Shown here in pieces: positions 63,280-64,000 of a stretch of 64,000 bases of DNA; position 1 is the first letter of the stretch; every line of letters begins with the position of its first letter. The notes beneath the pieces were generated by a model that was not told the origin of the DNA, did no database searches, and saw only the letters and a list, made by a program, of their open reading frames with translations. This stretch comes from the human T2T-CHM13v2.0 reference genome, Homo sapiens. The stretch is from assembly GCF_009914755.1 (NCBI RefSeq), contig NC_060944.1. One strand, 5' to 3'. A program made the position numbers and the translations under genes.

Positions 63280-63710
63280 CTCCACTTCATCGTCCTTCTG
63301 CACGTTTAATGCTGTCCATACATGCTGACTTCCTCCTGCTTCTTTCTGCTAGTCATACCTTTTACCATCTCAGGGTTCCTATATTATTCTGTTCCCTCTG
63401 CCTGAAATACTTCTGAATATTCTTCATCTCCACCCCATCCCCCTTTTTAACCTGATCTACTTCTCCTCTGTCAAATTTCATTTCATCAGAGATTATGTCT
63501 ATATAGCACACCCCTTAACTCTAGTCCCTGCTGTGAAGCTCATAGTTCTGGTTTTTTTCTTTATAGCACTTAGTATATATTATTATGTTTGTTTGTATGA
63601 TAATTACATTACTTTTCTCAATAGACTGTAAGCTCCCTGAGAGCAGAGACTATTTTTCTTTACTGTGTCTCCTGCACTTAGTGTAACCTCAGTAGGTGTT
63701 TGAGTATTAG
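63280..63710 (+). mobile_element. L2 3' fragment
   Basis: agactgtaagctccctgagagcagagact...tgtgtctcctgcacttag. Confidence 0.7.
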
Positions 63711-63759
63711 AACTTTTTTTTGTAAAGCTACGTTGTTGCTATAAATCAGAGTTTAGTTT

Positions 63760-64000
<241 letters not shown>

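Overview
Hominid (most likely human) genomic DNA, not microbial. The window starts at a CpG-island promoter and first exon: ATG 812, 11 codons MVGVPGAAAFQ plus 1 nt, and a GTAAGT donor at 846. I recognise this N-terminus from memory as CBFA2T2/MTGR1 (ETO/MTG co-repressor family). The remaining ~63 kb is first intron, and I found no further coding exon. It is extremely Alu-dense and also holds L1PA/L1M, L2, MIR, LTR33, Tigger/Charlie DNA-transposon relics, microsatellites and one antisense SVA. Almost all ORFs in the supplied track are Alu/L1/SVA artefacts. I see no new protein-coding system. The most informative structure is in target-site-duplication (TSD) archaeology: (1) an SVA carrying an ~825-bp 3' transduction, apparently recording two successive transductions; (2) a cryptic ~1.04-kb inversion (26121-27157) revealed because three TSD pairs and two split Alus are restored when it is flipped; (3) repeated re-use of the same insertion sites. 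Candidate regulatory features are a twin-hairpin 39-bp duplication in the 5'UTR, a proneural-type E-box cluster, a DR1 nuclear-receptor element and a close inverted AluY pair. Repeat family and subfamily calls and boundaries are by eye and approximate.
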